Shown here: positions 26,703-35,998 of the stretch, one piece after another | Position numbering within the stretch: position 1 is the stretch's first letter | Layout of the letters: each line of letters begins with the position of its first letter | Assembly: GCA_964370685.1 (NCBI GenBank) | Contig: CAYJKG010000006.1 | Location: forward strand, 15,008 to 79,007 | DNA: 64,000 bases | Source of the DNA: an uncultured Faecalibacterium sp. | Lineage (GTDB): Bacteria; Bacillota; Clostridia; Oscillospirales; Ruminococcaceae | Direction: 5' to 3' | Position numbers and translations under genes: made by a program | Notes under the pieces: generated by a model | The model's input: the letters and a program-made list of their open reading frames with translations, nothing else | Told to the model about the DNA's origin: nothing | Databases searched by the model: none

Positions 26703-29083
26703 ACAGAGTTTCAATCAATGAGGCGGAGGCTATTTTAGAACCCTTTTGGGACGGCGGAACTGGCGACTGGCAAGATAAAAATATTCGTTATGCTGTGTTT
26801 AACAATTACGCAGTAACACAGCACAAAGATATTGAAATTGATTTTGTGCAAAGTTGGGCTTTTGTGAATTTTTTGGTTAAAAAAATAAGCCTTGATGAAA
26901 AAGCAAGCCTAGTTATGCAGCGTAGCTGTGAAATGGATATTAGCGCATATGATAATTTTATTGTATTTGCTAGTTTTCCTAAAAATGTTTGTTTTTCGCT
27001 TTTTTTAAAGGTAGATGGTGCTTGGCAAACACTCTTTGAAAGAGAACGTGGTGAGGGGGTAGCGTATGAATATAAAGCACCGTATAGCGGCAAGGTTTTA
27101 GAGGGCATAAAACTAGAAATGTTCTTTGAAACAGTTGGTGCGCAAGGTAATATTGGTTGGTTTGGTGTAGCACATGAGGATACCTTGCAAAGGATGCTAA
27201 ACCGTAAAAATGTTTACGATAACACATGGCCAGGCTATTTTAAAGAGGAAAGCGTTTTAAAACCAGATATAGGTTTGCTGTTTGATAAAAACGAACTTGA
27301 TGAGTTGCGTAAAAAATGCAAAGAAGAACCATTTAAAAAAGCATACCTAGCTAAAAAGAAAAAAGCCTATAAAGAAAAGACTATAGTGCCAGAAGATTAC
27401 ATAGGCCGTTTTGCACCTTTTTTTGATAGACGCTGGTGTAGAACACGTGATGCAGAGTTTGCACTTGATTTAAACAAAGGCGCAAGCGGTATGCATGAGG
27501 TTATTGAAAATTTAGCGTTTGTGGGCATTATGGAGCAAGATGAAGATATGATGCGTATGGCATGCAGGCACGCTTTTAGTGTGGCACATTGCGAGTATTG
27601 GTCGGAGTCCTTCATAGGGCATTTTCCGGGGGCAACATGGCACCATCGATCCTTTACTGAAACTGTTTTTTGTAAGGCGATTTCATTGGTTTTGGATTGG
27701 TGCGGTGGCATGATGACAGATTTTGCTAAACAAGTGCTTTTTGACGCACTAGCAAAAAAAGGTTTGCCGCAGATACAATCAGATTTTCGTAGAGTTGAGT
27801 ATATACGCCACATGAACCAAGGCCCAGCTTTTGCCTATGGTAAGGTATACGCTTTGGCAGCACTTAAAACATGGTACCCACGATATGATAAAGATTTGCA
27901 AGAAACAGAGGATGATTTAATATCCATGGTGGATTTATATGTTAACTCTGATGGTGGCACAACAGAAGGCCCTGGGTATTGGGTGTTTACTTTTAAAGAA
28001 GTGGTAAGTGCTTTTTATCTGTTATCACGTGAGAAAAAAGTGCCATTTACTAGCTACAAACATGTATTTGAAAAAACAGGCGAATTTGCACTTGCACACC
28101 TTTCTATGGAACAAGATGCAACTGTTTCGCTCGCTATTAATGATTGTCACCCTTTGCAAAAAATACCATGTTCACTAGCAAACTCTTTTGCGCAGTTTAC
28201 TAGTAATGCGCAGTGGCAAGCACTTTATGCAAAACTATTAAAACAAGAGGACACAGAGCTAGATGCGTTTGCGATAATTTCAGGTTTAGAGGCAAATGGT
28301 GCACCTTATGATGAATTTGCTATTAACCGCTTGTACCCGGTAACGGGTTTAGTGGCGGCTGTTCGCAAAGGTGAGTTTGCAAAAACACGTGTAATGCTTT
28401 GTTCTGGCGACACTTGCCCTACGCATTTTCATGAGGATAGAGGTAGCATTATTTTAGAGGCAAATGATAAAATGCTTTGCCCAGATTGTGGCAGTGGTTT
28501 TTACTTTGAGGCGGAATTATTTTGGCTACACAGCGCAAATGCACATAGTTTGCTTTGCCCATTAGATGCTAACAGTGCGGCTTTTGCACAAGGTCGTTAT
28601 GAAAAAGGTGGTGTTATAACAAAGGCAATACATGAGGGGGATTTAGCGCATTTTATAAGTTATGATACTTTAGCGTGGAGCGGTGAGCCTTGCAAGTATA
28701 TATCACGTGAAGTTTATTCGCCTTTTGCAGAACTTGTTATTATTAAAGATGAATATGAGCTGAAAAACGCAAAAAGTGTGCGTTTTCAGTTAAATGCAAT
28801 GGGTGAGTGGCAAACTGCAAAAAATAGTGCAACTGCAATTATTGAAGATGTTAAATTGCGTGTTGTGCCTTTAAACTGGAGCGCAGAATTTGATGTTTTT
28901 GCAATGCAAGATGGCGAACATAGAAGTGTCTGGCAATTGCGTGCAGAAAATAAAATGAAAAAAGCGGTTTTGTATACAGCTATACTTATAGAAACAACAG
29001 TGCAAACAGATATACAAAAAACTGCCGAAGGCTGGCATTTTAAACTAGGCGAAAAAGAGGTGTATATAAAAAATGACACATAA
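26699..29083 (+). CDS. heparinase II/III-like protein (candidate polysaccharide/oligosaccharide lyase), no signal peptide
   Basis: DGGTTEGPGYW, THFHEDRGSIILEANDKMLCPDCG and SANAHSLL resemble the Hepar_II_III toroid plus beta-sandwich. An extra N-terminal domain of about 170 aa is present. ATGA overlap with the upstream GH95 gene. Confidence 0.55.
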   Translation: MNRVSINEAEAILEPFWDGGTGDWQDKNIRYAVFNNYAVTQHKDIEIDFVQSWAFVNFLVKKISLDEKASLVMQRSCEMDISAYDNFIVFASFPKNVCFSLFLKVDGAWQTLFERERGEGVAYEYKAPYSGKVLEGIKLEMFFETVGAQGNIGWFGVAHEDTLQRMLNRKNVYDNTWPGYFKEESVLKPDIGLLFDKNELDELRKKCKEEPFKKAYLAKKKKAYKEKTIVPEDYIGRFAPFFDRRWCRTRDAEFALDLNKGASGMHEVIENLAFVGIMEQDEDMMRMACRHAFSVAHCEYWSESFIGHFPGATWHHRSFTETVFCKAISLVLDWCGGMMTDFAKQVLFDALAKKGLPQIQSDFRRVEYIRHMNQGPAFAYGKVYALAALKTWYPRYDKDLQETEDDLISMVDLYVNSDGGTTEGPGYWVFTFKEVVSAFYLLSREKKVPFTSYKHVFEKTGEFALAHLSMEQDATVSLAINDCHPLQKIPCSLANSFAQFTSNAQWQALYAKLLKQEDTELDAFAIISGLEANGAPYDEFAINRLYPVTGLVAAVRKGEFAKTRVMLCSGDTCPTHFHEDRGSIILEANDKMLCPDCGSGFYFEAELFWLHSANAHSLLCPLDANSAAFAQGRYEKGGVITKAIHEGDLAHFISYDTLAWSGEPCKYISREVYSPFAELVIIKDEYELKNAKSVRFQLNAMGEWQTAKNSATAIIEDVKLRVVPLNWSAEFDVFAMQDGEHRSVWQLRAENKMKKAVLYTAILIETTVQTDIQKTAEGWHFKLGEKEVYIKNDT

Positions 29084-30317
29084 TGATAAACAAAAAATGA
29101 TGCTATGCTATGGTAAGATGTGCATGAAAGCAAAAAGTAACATTACGAAAATAGATGCAAAAGTTAAGCAATACCCCGGTACTATGGATGGTAATTATTT
29201 TGATGTTGATATCGGGGAGCTTATAGATTTTAGTCATATTTTTGGCTGGACACAAAGTTTTTTTTCAGGCATGGCGCTGCTTGCAGCTGAACACACTGGA
29301 GATTTTGAGGTAGTAAAAACTTGTAATGATTTTTATGCTGTATATCACAAAAAAGTGCATGATACCCCAAAAGATACCATGCACGATTTAGGTTTTTTAT
29401 ATACACTATATAGCACCATGCTGTATAGTTTAACTGGTGCTGAAAAAATGCGTGAGCTTTCAATAAAAGCAGCAGAGGTTTTAGCGCATAGGTTTATACC
29501 AAATGGCGCATATATACGTGCTTGGGGGCGTATGGATGATACTATACCATCATATGTGAGCGAAACTTTAGCGAAAGATCAGTTTTTTCAAAAAAGTAAA
29601 GGCCTTGCAATTATTGATTGCATGATGAACTTACCACTTTTGTTTTTTGCAAGCGAGCAAACGAGCGACCCTTTTTATGCAAACATAGCCATTGCTCATG
29701 CAGATACAACTATTAAATATTTTATACGTCAGGACGGTAGCGTTTGCCATGCATATCGTTTTGATATGCAAACAGGTGAGCCTGTGGGTGAGTTTAACGG
29801 TTGTGGTTATGCTTTAGGTTCGCACTGGGCAAGGGGTACAGCGTGGGCAGCATATGGTTTTGCGCTGGCATATAAATATACTAAACTTGAAAGATATAAA
29901 ACCGCTTTTGAAAAAATAGCAAATGCTTATTTAAAAGCTCTAGGCGAAGATATAGTGCCTGTGTGGGATTTTAAATTGCCTAAAGATGAACCTGCACGCA
30001 ATGGTGGAGTGGAAAAAGTTTGGCCACATTGGGACGTTACCAACCCTGAAAACAAAAAATATAATAAAGATAGCTCGGCGGGCGCTATAATAGGCTGTGC
30101 TTTTTTAACAATGTATGAGCTAACAAGTGAACAAAGTTATATAACTTATGCAGAAAAATTAGCAAGTGAATTGTGCGAAAATTATATAGATTTAGATGAA
30201 AACGTACATGGTTTATTAAAGCGACAAAATGGTGTAAATGGTTATGGTTGCTATGGTGATTATTTTGCACTGGAGTTAATTGCACACATTTGTGGCACAA
30301 CAAAGTGGTGCTGGTAA
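29073..30317 (+). CDS. GH88-like unsaturated glucuronyl hydrolase
   Basis: GSHWARGTAWAAYGFALAY and IIDCMMNLPLLF resemble GH88/GH105 motifs. Overlaps the upstream stop by 11 nt. Confidence 0.65.
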   Translation: MTHNDKQKMMLCYGKMCMKAKSNITKIDAKVKQYPGTMDGNYFDVDIGELIDFSHIFGWTQSFFSGMALLAAEHTGDFEVVKTCNDFYAVYHKKVHDTPKDTMHDLGFLYTLYSTMLYSLTGAEKMRELSIKAAEVLAHRFIPNGAYIRAWGRMDDTIPSYVSETLAKDQFFQKSKGLAIIDCMMNLPLLFFASEQTSDPFYANIAIAHADTTIKYFIRQDGSVCHAYRFDMQTGEPVGEFNGCGYALGSHWARGTAWAAYGFALAYKYTKLERYKTAFEKIANAYLKALGEDIVPVWDFKLPKDEPARNGGVEKVWPHWDVTNPENKKYNKDSSAGAIIGCAFLTMYELTSEQSYITYAEKLASELCENYIDLDENVHGLLKRQNGVNGYGCYGDYFALELIAHICGTTKWCW

Positions 30318-30346
30318 AATTATTAATAAAATACCACCTATCAATG

Positions 30347-30402
30347 TACCGACCCCCAAAAGTTAGACCTGAAAAAATCTAACGATTGGAGGTCGGTATT
30401 TT
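30347..30402 (+). terminator. long imperfect hairpin plus T-run after the GH88 gene
   Basis: TACCGACC..CCAA..GTTAGA / TCTAAC..TTGG..GGTCGGTA followed by TTTT. Confidence 0.5.
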
Positions 30403-30422
30403 AATGGGAAATATAAAAGTAT

Positions 30423-31130
30423 TTATTCTATTTCTAAAACTGTTAAAATGCCATTTTTAACATTAAATTTAATTTCTAAATCAGAAAATTTAAAACCATA
30501 AACACGCTTAGGGTCATCTTGATACGAGGGGCGAGGGTCTTGCTTTAACACTGCAATTAAGGCTTTTAGGTGTTCAGTAGGTATTTTTTCAGTCAGATTT
30601 TGCGGTAAATCTACTTCAACAGTTCGTGCACTAAATTGTTCGGTAAAACCGCCTGTTGCTTCGGGGTGGCTATCTGCGTAAACTATATATGGTTTTATAT
30701 CATAAATTGGTGTGCCATCCATTAAATCAGCGCCAGAAACATGTATAACTGTTCCGTGATTTTCAGTTTTTTCTACTTTGATAAGCTCTACTGTGGAAAG
30801 CCCCAAGGAATTTGGCCTAAAAGGAGAGCGTGTTGCAAAAACACCCATGCGTGTGTTGCCGCCAAGCCGAGGTGGGCGCACAGTGGGCGACCACTCTTTT
30901 TGCTTTGCCTCGGAAAATCCCCAAATTAGCCATAAATGGCTAAAGTCTGTTATGCCACGCAAAGCATCTTCGTTTTGAAATTTAGGAGTAAAAATAATTG
31001 TGCCTATAACTTCTTTTACAAGTCCGCTTTGCTTAGGTATTCCAAATTTGGTGTTAAAGGCAGTTTTAATGTGCGCTATAGGTTCTATAATTTGTTGTAG
31101 GTTATTGTTATCCATTTTTGTTAATCCCAT
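30423..31130 (-). CDS. trmO: tRNA (N6-threonylcarbamoyladenosine(37)-N6)-methyltransferase TrmO (YaeB/TsaA family)
   Basis: FNTKFGIPKQSGL, LWLIWGF, RPNSLGLSTVELIKVE and DGTPIYDIKPY are family signatures. The start may instead be the ATG at 31115. Confidence 0.75.
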   Translation of the reverse strand: MGLTKMDNNNLQQIIEPIAHIKTAFNTKFGIPKQSGLVKEVIGTIIFTPKFQNEDALRGITDFSHLWLIWGFSEAKQKEWSPTVRPPRLGGNTRMGVFATRSPFRPNSLGLSTVELIKVEKTENHGTVIHVSGADLMDGTPIYDIKPYIVYADSHPEATGGFTEQFSARTVEVDLPQNLTEKIPTEHLKALIAVLKQDPRPSYQDDPKRVYGFKFSDLEIKFNVKNGILTVLEIE

Positions 31131-31993
31131 GTTTCAGTGCTATCAGGTTGTTCGGTTTGAGCGGTTTCGGTATCAGTTGCATCAGCGGTCGCAATAGGTA
31201 TAAATTCGCTTGCAAAACCTTTTTTGCCACGATTTTTCACATAGAAATATCCGATAATACTAAATACAACCGCTCCGATAAAGTTAACTATCATATCCTT
31301 CATCGTGTCGTATAATCCTATGTCTAAATAACCACCAAGCCCTAGCTCTTGCCCATTAATAATAACTGACTCAATGCCATTTATTTGAACGGGGATTTGC
31401 GAGTTTGTGGGGTCTAGTTCAACAGAGGCAATGTTGTATACAATAGTGTCTTTTTGCATATCAAGCTGGAAAAAAACATCCATGCCAAACTCAAAAAATT
31501 CCCACAGAACACCTACTGTCATTGAAAAACAAAAAGCTACAATTGCCAAAAAGAAAGGGCTTAATTTTAAGCGAACTTTGCTATTGCGATTAAGTATATC
31601 AACAAGCGCAAAACCTATTGCAGCACATAAAAAACCGTTAAGTGTGTGTAGCATGGTATCCCACCACGGAATTTTGGTATAATAAGATTGTATCTCACCT
31701 AAAATTTGAGCTGCAAAAACAAAAATTAAGGTTATTTTTTCCAAAGTGGAGGGAAACGTAATTTGCAATTTTTTTTCTAAAAAACTAGGTACTAAAAATA
31801 ATATTAATGTTAGTATACACAAAAACATAGATTCATAATTGCGTTGTAACGCCGTTAGCACAGCAGCTACTAAAACAAAAAAGCGTAAAACAAAATAAAC
31901 TAAAAATGTGCCGTTTTTCTTTTGACGCATTTGATCTTCTAACGTTTTTCTGTATTGAGAAATACGACTAAATAGTGATTTTTTATTTTTCAT
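31121..31993 (-). CDS. hypothetical polytopic membrane protein with acidic C-terminal tail
   Basis: Start moved to MKNKKSLFSRI (ATG at 31993, GGAG upstream). About 6 TM helices. Tail ATADATDTETAQTEQPDSTETWD. No family recognised. Confidence 0.5.
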   Translation of the reverse strand: MKNKKSLFSRISQYRKTLEDQMRQKKNGTFLVYFVLRFFVLVAAVLTALQRNYESMFLCILTLILFLVPSFLEKKLQITFPSTLEKITLIFVFAAQILGEIQSYYTKIPWWDTMLHTLNGFLCAAIGFALVDILNRNSKVRLKLSPFFLAIVAFCFSMTVGVLWEFFEFGMDVFFQLDMQKDTIVYNIASVELDPTNSQIPVQINGIESVIINGQELGLGGYLDIGLYDTMKDMIVNFIGAVVFSIIGYFYVKNRGKKGFASEFIPIATADATDTETAQTEQPDSTETWD

Positions 31994-32523
31994 GGTTAGC
32001 TCCGTTCTAAATAGTAACATAAATATAAAATGTGCATTAGTTTGTTTTCGAGTAAAAGTTATGAGGATAGTCTTTTTGCTTATAAAAAATATTGTTACAG
32101 AAAACAAAATTACCTTTGTTGTAAAAAACTGATTTTGAATTACAGTTATCAAACTTTATGCAAGTATAGGATATTATTATAATATAAAATTTTATTTATA
32201 TTTACAAGGCATTTTATCAAAAGTTACAAATTATTTTATTAATGTAATAAATTGTTCTTATATAAGTGATAAAATAATAGTATAATAGTTTAATAAGTAA
32301 AAATGTTTAAATATAATTAACTTGAAAGATGTTAAAAACATCGCTAAAACGCAAATAGCTAATACTTATGTCTATTGACAAAATTTTACATGTGATGTAA
32401 GATAAAGTTAGATAAATATATGTAATCCGAACTGATTCGGATTACATTTGTATGGCTAGGGTTTAAACCATGTGTTTAATGGGAAGAGGCAAAAAATAAA
32501 TTGCCACGGAAACGGAGCAAGAG

Positions 32524-33360
32524 ATGATAAAAATTACAGCAGATACATCAACATTATATTCCCCAAAACAAGCTGAAGAGGCAGGTTTTAAGGTGGCGGC
32601 TTTAACTGTAACCATAGATGGTAAAAGTTACAAAGAATTAGAAGAAATCGAAGGTGAGGATTTTATAGAGATTATCAATAAAGGAAATATGCCAATAAGT
32701 AGCCAACCTGTTATTGGTGATGTTGTAGATCTTTTTAATGAGGATCCAAATACAGATATTATACACATAACTATAGCAGATGGTCTTTCAGGTTCGTATC
32801 AATCCGCACAAGCGGCTAAAAAATTAGCGGAAAACCCAGATCGTATAACTGTAATAAATAGCCGTACTCTTTGTGGCCCGCACCGCTATATAGTTGAAAA
32901 TGCGCTTGCTATGGTTAAAAAAGGATTAACTACACAAGCGGTAGTTCGCCATACAGAGGAACTAATGAAACACACAAAAAGTTTTTTAATGCCACAAGAC
33001 TTTGGCTATTTGCGCCGTGGTGGCAGGCTTTCGCCTTTGGTTTCATATGTAGGGCAAGCTATACGTTTTTGCCCCATATTAACACAAACAGAGGACGGCA
33101 AACAGCTAACAATAGCTGGTGTTAAACGTAACTTTTCAGGTGCGCTTGAAACAATTGCCAAAAATTTTGAATTATCCCAAGTTGGTGAAAATCATCGCAT
33201 TTATATTTCTCACGCACAAAATTTAAATTATGCACGACAAGCCTTAGAAACACTCACTAAACGTTTTCCAAAAACAAGCATTGAAGTTGTGAAACTTAGC
33301 CCAGCTTTTGTCACACAAGGCGGCCCAGGCTGTGTAGCTGTGCAGTTTGTTCGTTTATAA
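32524..33360 (+). CDS. DegV family fatty-acid-binding protein
   Basis: MIKITADTSTLYSP..., SSQP, DGLSGSYQSA: typical DegV pattern. 278 aa. Confidence 0.8.
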   Translation: MIKITADTSTLYSPKQAEEAGFKVAALTVTIDGKSYKELEEIEGEDFIEIINKGNMPISSQPVIGDVVDLFNEDPNTDIIHITIADGLSGSYQSAQAAKKLAENPDRITVINSRTLCGPHRYIVENALAMVKKGLTTQAVVRHTEELMKHTKSFLMPQDFGYLRRGGRLSPLVSYVGQAIRFCPILTQTEDGKQLTIAGVKRNFSGALETIAKNFELSQVGENHRIYISHAQNLNYARQALETLTKRFPKTSIEVVKLSPAFVTQGGPGCVAVQFVRL

Positions 33361-33436
33361 AAAACAAATTTATTCTGCTGTTGTAGATTTTTAATTTACA
33401 ACAGCATTTTTGCGAAAAAATAAATAAGGAGATTTT

Positions 33437-34243
33437 ATGTCAAAGCATACGTTAACTAATTTTCATACGCATACTACACGCTGCCATCATGCAACAGGAG
33501 CAGATGCACAATATGTTGAAAATGCTATAAAATTAGGTTATAAAGCATTAGGTTTTTCTGAGCATACTCCACTAAAGCATCATTTAGGTTATCATGAAGA
33601 ACCTATGCGAATGTACCCTGAAGATATGGATGATTACGTCACGAGTATTAACAAATTACAAAAAGAATATGCAAACGACATTAATATTTATATAGGCCTT
33701 GAGGCGGAATATTTCCCGCAGCAAGAGGCATATTTAAAAAACTTAGTGCATGATTATAAACTGGATTATATGATTTTTGGTAACCATTATAATTTTTTAG
33801 AAAACAATAATTTTTATTACGGCAATGCACAAACACATGAAATGTTACGCTCATATACTAAAAGTGCAATTTTAGGTATGCAAAGTGGTGTGTTTGATAT
33901 ATTTGCGCACCCAGATGTACACTTTACATCATATCCTGTTTTTGATAAAGTATGCGAGGAAAGTGCTCACGAAATTTGCAAAAATGCCGCTGAAATTGGC
34001 ATTGTTTTGGAATATAACTTACTAGGTCGCGAGCGCCGTTTAGGCGGGCGTGTACGTGGCATGGGTTATAGTACAGATGAATTTTGGCGAATTGCTGCAC
34101 AATATCCAATTAATTGCATAGTGGGGTGCGATGCGCACAGCCCAAAAGAGCTAGAGCGCTTAAATGAAATGAAGCAAATGCAAGAGTTTTTAGAAAGCAT
34201 GGGCATAAATGTTGTTGATAGTTTGCCACATTTAAATGCATAA
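33437..34243 (+). CDS. PHP-family histidinol-phosphatase-like hydrolase
   Basis: FHTHTTRCHHA metal-binding start, EHTP, GLEAEY and AHPD motifs. Confidence 0.7.
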   Translation: MSKHTLTNFHTHTTRCHHATGADAQYVENAIKLGYKALGFSEHTPLKHHLGYHEEPMRMYPEDMDDYVTSINKLQKEYANDINIYIGLEAEYFPQQEAYLKNLVHDYKLDYMIFGNHYNFLENNNFYYGNAQTHEMLRSYTKSAILGMQSGVFDIFAHPDVHFTSYPVFDKVCEESAHEICKNAAEIGIVLEYNLLGRERRLGGRVRGMGYSTDEFWRIAAQYPINCIVGCDAHSPKELERLNEMKQMQEFLESMGINVVDSLPHLNA

Positions 34244-34269
34244 ATATAATATCTTTAGTTACAATTAAG

Positions 34270-34306
34270 GGCACTTGTAGGCATAAGCAAACAAGTGCTC
34301 GTTTTG
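34270..34306 (+). terminator. rho-independent terminator
   Basis: GGCACTTGT / ACAAGTGCT stem followed by CGTTTTG. Confidence 0.55.
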
Positions 34307-34502
34307 TAAATAATTGTTATTTTTATAAAATAATTGAGTTGTTTTTTAAAACACTGTACTTTTAAAAGCTGTTATATTATAATTAAAAGCACAAATTTGC
34401 AAGAAAAAAGTTAAACGTTTTACTTTTGTTAAACTTAGTGCTTAGTACAGAAAATGTTTATATCAAAATTAACTAAATGTGTTTTAAAGAGAGGAAATTT
34501 TT

Positions 34503-35561
34503 ATGTCTTATCAAGCTGGTATGGCCGCTTTTAACCTTGAAATGCCTGATTTAGTGCCTCGCACAGAATATTCAGCAGAAGGCCACTGGGAACTAGTTAA
34601 AGCTGTTACAGGTATTTCAGTAACTCCAGAAAGCCCTTTAGAAGCTCGCCAAATTGCTTCTAGTGCGTTTCGCAAAGCTTGGGATTACGGTTTTAAGTGG
34701 AATGTTTTTACACATTCAAATGATTTAGATAAATGCCGCACTAAAATGGGGCACGCCAATTACGCCGCAGGTAATGTGGATTTTAACGATGAAGTTTCTT
34801 GCCCGTTTGAGGACCCAGAAGATGCTTTTGATTTTCAGCCAATGGAGGTTTATGGCAAGTTAAACCACGCAGACCTTGTGCGTAAATATAATGAAAACTA
34901 TAAAATGCGTGTAGAACAAGACCCTGATATGGTTAATACAACAGGTATTTATGTAACACTTGTTTCTGGACTTATTGAAATTTTTGGTTGGGATATAATG
35001 CTAACAGCATTAGGCATTGATGCAAAGGCTTTTGGTGAAGTTGCAAACCGCTATGCCGAGTGGATTAGCCAGCACTGCCGTGCACTTGCAGATTGCGACG
35101 CACAAATAATAAAAATACACGATGATATGGTATGGACAGCGGGTGCATTTACAAACCCAGATTGGTATAGAGAGTTTATATTCCCTAACTACAAAAAAAT
35201 GTTTGCACCTATAATTGAGGCAGGCAAAAAAATAATATTTACATGCGATGGAGATTACACAGAGTTTATAGATGATGTAGCGGCTTGTGGTGTTAGTGGT
35301 TTTGTTATGGAACCAACAACAAATATGGAATACATTGCAGAAAAATATGGTAAAACACATTCGTTTATAGGCAATGCAGATACACGTATTTTACTTTCAG
35401 GCACTAAAGAAGATATTTATGCAGAGGTTAAGCGTTGCATGGATATAGGCAAAAAATGCCCAGGCTTTTTTATGGCTGTTGGCAACCACATACCATCTAA
35501 TACTCCAGTTGATAACTGTTTATATTATAACGATGCTTTTGAGAAAATGCGTCGTAGATAA
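34503..35561 (+). CDS. uroporphyrinogen decarboxylase (URO-D)-like family protein, function unknown
   Basis: Length and C-terminal half (IIKIHDDMVW...NPDWYREFIFPNYKKMF...IIFTCDGDYTEFIDDV..GVSGF) resemble the URO-D/MtaA-like TIM barrel. No H-x-C zinc motif seen. Confidence 0.35.
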   Translation: MSYQAGMAAFNLEMPDLVPRTEYSAEGHWELVKAVTGISVTPESPLEARQIASSAFRKAWDYGFKWNVFTHSNDLDKCRTKMGHANYAAGNVDFNDEVSCPFEDPEDAFDFQPMEVYGKLNHADLVRKYNENYKMRVEQDPDMVNTTGIYVTLVSGLIEIFGWDIMLTALGIDAKAFGEVANRYAEWISQHCRALADCDAQIIKIHDDMVWTAGAFTNPDWYREFIFPNYKKMFAPIIEAGKKIIFTCDGDYTEFIDDVAACGVSGFVMEPTTNMEYIAEKYGKTHSFIGNADTRILLSGTKEDIYAEVKRCMDIGKKCPGFFMAVGNHIPSNTPVDNCLYYNDAFEKMRRR

Positions 35562-35574
35562 AATATTAAAAAAC

Positions 35575-35603
35575 TTGACATAAAACATATTAGATTGTAT
35601 AAT
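35575..35603 (+). promoter_or_regulatory. consensus sigma-A promoter of the B12 operon
   Basis: -35 TTGACA (35575..35580), 17-nt spacer ending in TG, -10 TATAAT (35598..35603). Confidence 0.7.
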
Positions 35604-35609
35604 ATACCC

Positions 35610-35860
35610 ATAAAATAACAATTTTAGGTGAAGTGTTTTTGTATAAAATTTTTACTTTTCGGGGAATTACTAAAAATTTTACAAATTAACGCTTAAAAGG
35701 AAATTCGGCTAAAATCCGAAACAGCTCCCACTACCGTATTTGATGAAAAAAGAAATATATGCCATTGTGTTTTTTAACATGAGAAGGCTTTTCTTTAACG
35801 TGCTGTGTACTATATCATAAGTCGGGAAACCTGCCTAAATTTATTAAAGAATATCTTTTC
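35610..35860 (+). promoter_or_regulatory. cobalamin riboswitch (aptamer; boundaries approximate)
   Basis: Core AAAAGGAAATTCGGCTAAAATCCGAAACAGCTCCCACTACCGTA (35695..35738) parallels the consensus AAxAGGGAA..GGTGAAAATCC..CAGCCCCCGCTACTGTA. B12 box AAGTCGGGAAACCTGCC at 35819..35835. Located upstream of cbiA. Confidence 0.85.
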
Positions 35861-35963
35861 GGGGCAAGGAATTGGTTCTTTAAATTTGGTGCAAGGCGCA
35901 GTGTTACCTGAGGCGTATCAATAATGATTTCAGAATAATAGCGATTGTGTTTAAATTTTAAGT

Positions 35964-35998
35964 AGCCAAACCATTTTTATGGTTTGGCTTTTTGTTTG
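35964..35998 (+). terminator. riboswitch expression-platform terminator
   Basis: AGCCAAACCAT / ATGGTTTGGCT 11-bp stem, TTTT loop, then TTTTTGTTT, ending 24 nt before the cbiA ATG. Confidence 0.8.

Noticed and set aside
34408-34440. Direct repeat GTTAAAC (17-bp period) upstream of the URO-D-like gene.
   Set aside because: A 7-mer repeat in very AT-rich DNA is easily explained by chance, and there is no associated regulator gene.
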